Of a stretch of 10,977 nt of DNA, positions 6,382 to 10,977 are shown piece after piece. Within the stretch, counting starts at the first letter, position 1. Each line of letters starts with the position of its first letter. Below the pieces are notes generated by a model. It worked only from the letters and a program-made list of their open reading frames with translations, made no database searches and was not told the DNA's origin. The position numbers and the translations under genes are program-made. This DNA comes from Vulcanimicrobiota bacterium (lineage in GTDB: Bacteria; Vulcanimicrobiota; Vulcanimicrobiia; Vulcanimicrobiales; Vulcanimicrobiaceae): assembly GCA_003133025.1 (NCBI GenBank), contig PKZK01000031.1, forward strand, positions 1 to 10,977, given 5' to 3'.

Positions 6382-7298
6382 GCCGCGTCGAGATAGGTCA
6401 GCCAGACGCCGTCGAACTTGGCGTCGCCGCCGCGCACTGCGCGCGTGTAGCGCTCGCGCAAACGCGTCGTGATCGGGCGGTCGTCGGAATAGAGCCGGTC
6501 GTCGACGCTGAGAATCGGAATCACTTCGGCGGCCGTGCCGGTGAAGAAGGCTTCGTCGGCGCCGAGCAGCGCGTCGAGTGAGATCGGACCGATCTCGATC
6601 GGGATGCCCTCGTCGCCGGCGATCTGCAGCACCGAGTCGCGCGTGATGCCGTAGAGTACGTCGGCCGACGCGTCGTTCGTGCGCAACGTGCCGCGTTGCA
6701 CGATGAAGATGTTCTCGCCCGAACCCTCGGCCACGTCGCCGCGCTCGTTGAGCAGAATCGCTTCGTCGAAGCCGCGCCCGATCGCGTCGTGCAGCGCGAG
6801 CACCGAGTTCGTATAGTGCCCGCCGGCCTTCACCGTGGACGGCAGCGCGCGCGACGAGAACTTCTGCACGGGCGAGATCGTCGCCCGAAAACCCGGCGCG
6901 TCGCCCGCGAGGGGCGGGAACGGCAGCGCAACGACCATCACGCGCGTGGAGCAGCGAAAGCGCGGCTGCAGGGCCACGGTCTCGTCGCCGAAATAGGCCA
7001 GCGGCCGCAGATAGGCTTCGGCGAGTCCGCTCGCGCGCAACGTTTCGAGGCAGGCGGCGTGCAGTTGCTCCAGACTGTAGTCGACCTTCATGCCGTAGTG
7101 CGCGGCGCCGTTCAGAAAGCGGCGCAGATGATCGTCGAGCCGGAAGACGGCGACGCCGTGCGGCGTCGCGTACGCCCGGATGCCCTCGAAGATCGAGGTG
7201 CCGTAATGCAAGCCGTGGCTCAGCGGCGCGGCCTGCGCGTCCGCCGCCGAAACGATGCGTCCGTCGAGCCAAAATGCCCGCTGCGGCGCTGCGTCCAC
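6363..7298 (-). CDS. ilvE: Branched-chain amino acid aminotransferase (PLP fold type IV)
   Basis: GLHYGTSIFEGIRAY, VFRLDDHLRRF, PLP lysine in KAGGHY, EGSGENIF, GITR and FFTGTAAEV. GTG start with AGGAG 7 nt upstream. Confidence 0.93.
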   Translation of the reverse strand: MDAAPQRAFWLDGRIVSAADAQAAPLSHGLHYGTSIFEGIRAYATPHGVAVFRLDDHLRRFLNGAAHYGMKVDYSLEQLHAACLETLRASGLAEAYLRPLAYFGDETVALQPRFRCSTRVMVVALPFPPLAGDAPGFRATISPVQKFSSRALPSTVKAGGHYTNSVLALHDAIGRGFDEAILLNERGDVAEGSGENIFIVQRGTLRTNDASADVLYGITRDSVLQIAGDEGIPIEIGPISLDALLGADEAFFTGTAAEVIPILSVDDRLYSDDRPITTRLRERYTRAVRGGDAKFDGVWLTYLDAAQPATA

Positions 7299-7316
7299 GT
7301 CTTCACTCCTTACCGG

Positions 7317-9387
<2,071 letters not shown>

Positions 9388-9391
<4 letters not shown>

Positions 9392-9846
9392 GCCACCGCG
9401 CGCGCGGCGCGGTCCCTGAGAAACGTCGTGACGATCAGCGCGAAGACGCCGAGCGTAATGCACGAGTCGGCCGCGTTGAACACCGGCCACCAACGGAAGT
9501 CGATGAAGTCGACCACGTAGCCGTAATGGAAACGGTCGATGACGTTGCCGATCGCGCCGCCGGCGATCGCGCCGAAGGCGATCGAGATCGTGCGCGAATG
9601 CGCCGCCGCATCGCGGAAGCCCACCCAGAAGAGCACGAGCACGATCAGGGCCATGATCACGAGCAGCCACGGCTGCGTGCCGAAGAGCCCGAACGCGCCC
9701 GCGTGATTCTGGACGTAGGTCCAGTAGATGAAATGCGGGATGAAGATCCGGCTCTCGCCGGGCGCGAACGTCGTGACGACGATGTGCTTGGTGAACTGGT
9801 CGAGCGCGATCGTGAGGACGGCCGCGATCAGCACGAAAAAGGGCAT
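9388..9846 (-). CDS. lspA: Lipoprotein signal peptidase (signal peptidase II)
   Basis: DQFTK, NHAGAFG, GGAIGNVIDRF, VVDFI and PVFNAADSCI motifs with hydrophobic segments. The ATG overlaps the ccdA stop (TGATG). Confidence 0.95.
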
Positions 9847-10577
9847 CAGAGGCTTGGCGGTTTGACGTACTGGTAGAAGAAACCCGCGACGCGCGTGAAC
9901 GAGCCGGTCACCAGCACGAGGCCGGTTGCGACCAGGATCGCGCCCGAGGTGGCCTCGATGACCGGCAGATAGCGCTTGATCCGGTTGAGCGCGCCCAGCG
10001 ACTGGGTGATCGCGGCGGCGGTGATCAGGAACGGCACGGCCAGGCCCATCGAGTACATGAAGAGCAGGAAGGCCGCCTGTCCGATGTGCTCTTGCGCGGC
10101 CAGCAGGATGATGCCCGAGAGGATCGGGCCAATGCAGGGCGACCAGCCCGCCGCAAAGCCCAGGCCCACCAGGAACGAGACGAACAGCGACTGCTTGCGG
10201 GGCTGCAGGTGGAAGCGCTTGTCCATCATCAGGGCCGGAATCTTGAAGAGGCCCATCATGTTGAGGCCGAGGATGATGATGATCGCCCCGCCGATGCGCG
10301 CGATCGTATCCTTGTTGTTGGCGAAGACGCCGCCGATCGCGCTGGCCGAGAGCCCGATCAGGATGAAGATGAAGGTGAAGCCGCAGATGAACGCCAGCGC
10401 GTGGCTGAGCACGCGCGCCTTGGCCGCGGCCGAGGTCTCGACCTTGAGATCTTCCAGGCTCGTTCCGGTCAGGAACGAGAGATAGGAAGGCACCAGCGGC
10501 AAGACGCAGGGCGAAATGAAGGAGACGAGTCCTGCCAGGAACGCCGTCAGGACGTTGATCGTGAGGTGCGGCTGCAT
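9846..10577 (-). CDS. ccdA: Cytochrome c biogenesis / transmembrane thiol-disulfide reductant transporter CcdA
   Basis: AGLVSFISPCVLPLVPSY and GWSPCIGPIL conserved Pro-Cys motifs, YSMGLAVPF and about six hydrophobic helices. Start at ATG 10577 (MQPHLTIN). Confidence 0.9.
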   Translation of the reverse strand: MQPHLTINVLTAFLAGLVSFISPCVLPLVPSYLSFLTGTSLEDLKVETSAAAKARVLSHALAFICGFTFIFILIGLSASAIGGVFANNKDTIARIGGAIIIILGLNMMGLFKIPALMMDKRFHLQPRKQSLFVSFLVGLGFAAGWSPCIGPILSGIILLAAQEHIGQAAFLLFMYSMGLAVPFLITAAAITQSLGALNRIKRYLPVIEATSGAILVATGLVLVTGSFTRVAGFFYQYVKPPSL

Positions 10578-10663
10578 TCCAACCCGCCTTCTACGACGCG
10601 GCGAGCCGTGGGCCTGTGGCTCCGGCAGGGCAGCCGGGCCTGGTTCCCGCAATCGGAGCGCTG

Positions 10664-10977
10664 GTGCAACACTGGTTCACATATCCGAACATCGATCCGG
10701 TCGCAATTCATTTGGGCCCGGTCGCCGTGCATTGGTACGGCCTCTCGTATCTGGCGGGCTTCATCGCGGTCGGCCTCTGGCTGGCACGCCCCGCCGGGCG
10801 GCGCCGCCTCGGGCTGACCACCGACCAGGTCACCGACTTCCTGGTCTACGCCCTGATCGGCGTGCTCGTGGGCGGGCGCACCTTCTTCGTGATCGCCGAC
10901 ATCGTGACCAAGCACGATGCGGCGCTCTACTTCGGCAACATGCCGGCCAGCCTGATCAACGTCATCGCCGTCTGGAA
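10664..10977 (+). CDS. lgt: Prolipoprotein diacylglyceryl transferase, N-terminal part (3' truncated by window edge)
   Basis: Not in the ORF track. Hand translation from GTG 10664 (GGAG at 10655-10658) gives MQHWFTYPNIDPVAIHLGPVAVHWYGLSYLAGF...LIGVLVGGRTFFV...IAVW, matching the Lgt N-terminal DPV...HWYG and GGR motifs. Confidence 0.9.
   Translation, partial: MQHWFTYPNIDPVAIHLGPVAVHWYGLSYLAGFIAVGLWLARPAGRRRLGLTTDQVTDFLVYALIGVLVGGRTFFVIADIVTKHDAALYFGNMPASLINVIAVW

Noticed and set aside
5824..7272. Long alternative-frame ORFs (e.g. 5824-7272 -, 6696-7868 +, 3093-4178 +, 1852-2922 -, 8567-9520 +)
   Set aside because: These are Arg/Ala/Gly-rich shadow ORFs expected in high-GC DNA. They overlap well-supported genes and carry no recognisable motifs.
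9392..9670. 93-aa N-terminal extension of the RluD ORF
   Set aside because: It overlaps lspA in another frame. The GTG at 9391, coupled to the lspA stop, gives a normal-length protein.

Overview
High-GC bacterial chromosomal window of mostly housekeeping genes. On the + strand: the 3' part of ileS, then a threonine dehydratase with a C-terminal ACT domain, a secreted prolyl oligopeptidase (S9A) and a type I-beta DAHP synthase. A GNAT acetyltransferase lies on the - strand between ileS and the dehydratase. A tightly coupled - strand operon (ccdA-lspA-rluD-tgt-ilvE) converges on the DAHP synthase, and the 5' part of lgt starts divergently at the right edge. The standout element is missing from the ORF track. 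The 213-bp gap before the DAHP synthase holds a sigma70-type promoter, an apparently leaderless 22-codon peptide with five consecutive aromatic codons (W-Y-W-Y-F), and mutually exclusive 1:2, 2:3 and 3:4 helices ending in an intrinsic terminator. This looks like a ribosome-mediated attenuator that senses Trp, Tyr and Phe together and controls a DAHP synthase lacking the usual N-terminal allosteric domain. No mobile elements, CRISPR arrays or RNA genes were recognised.
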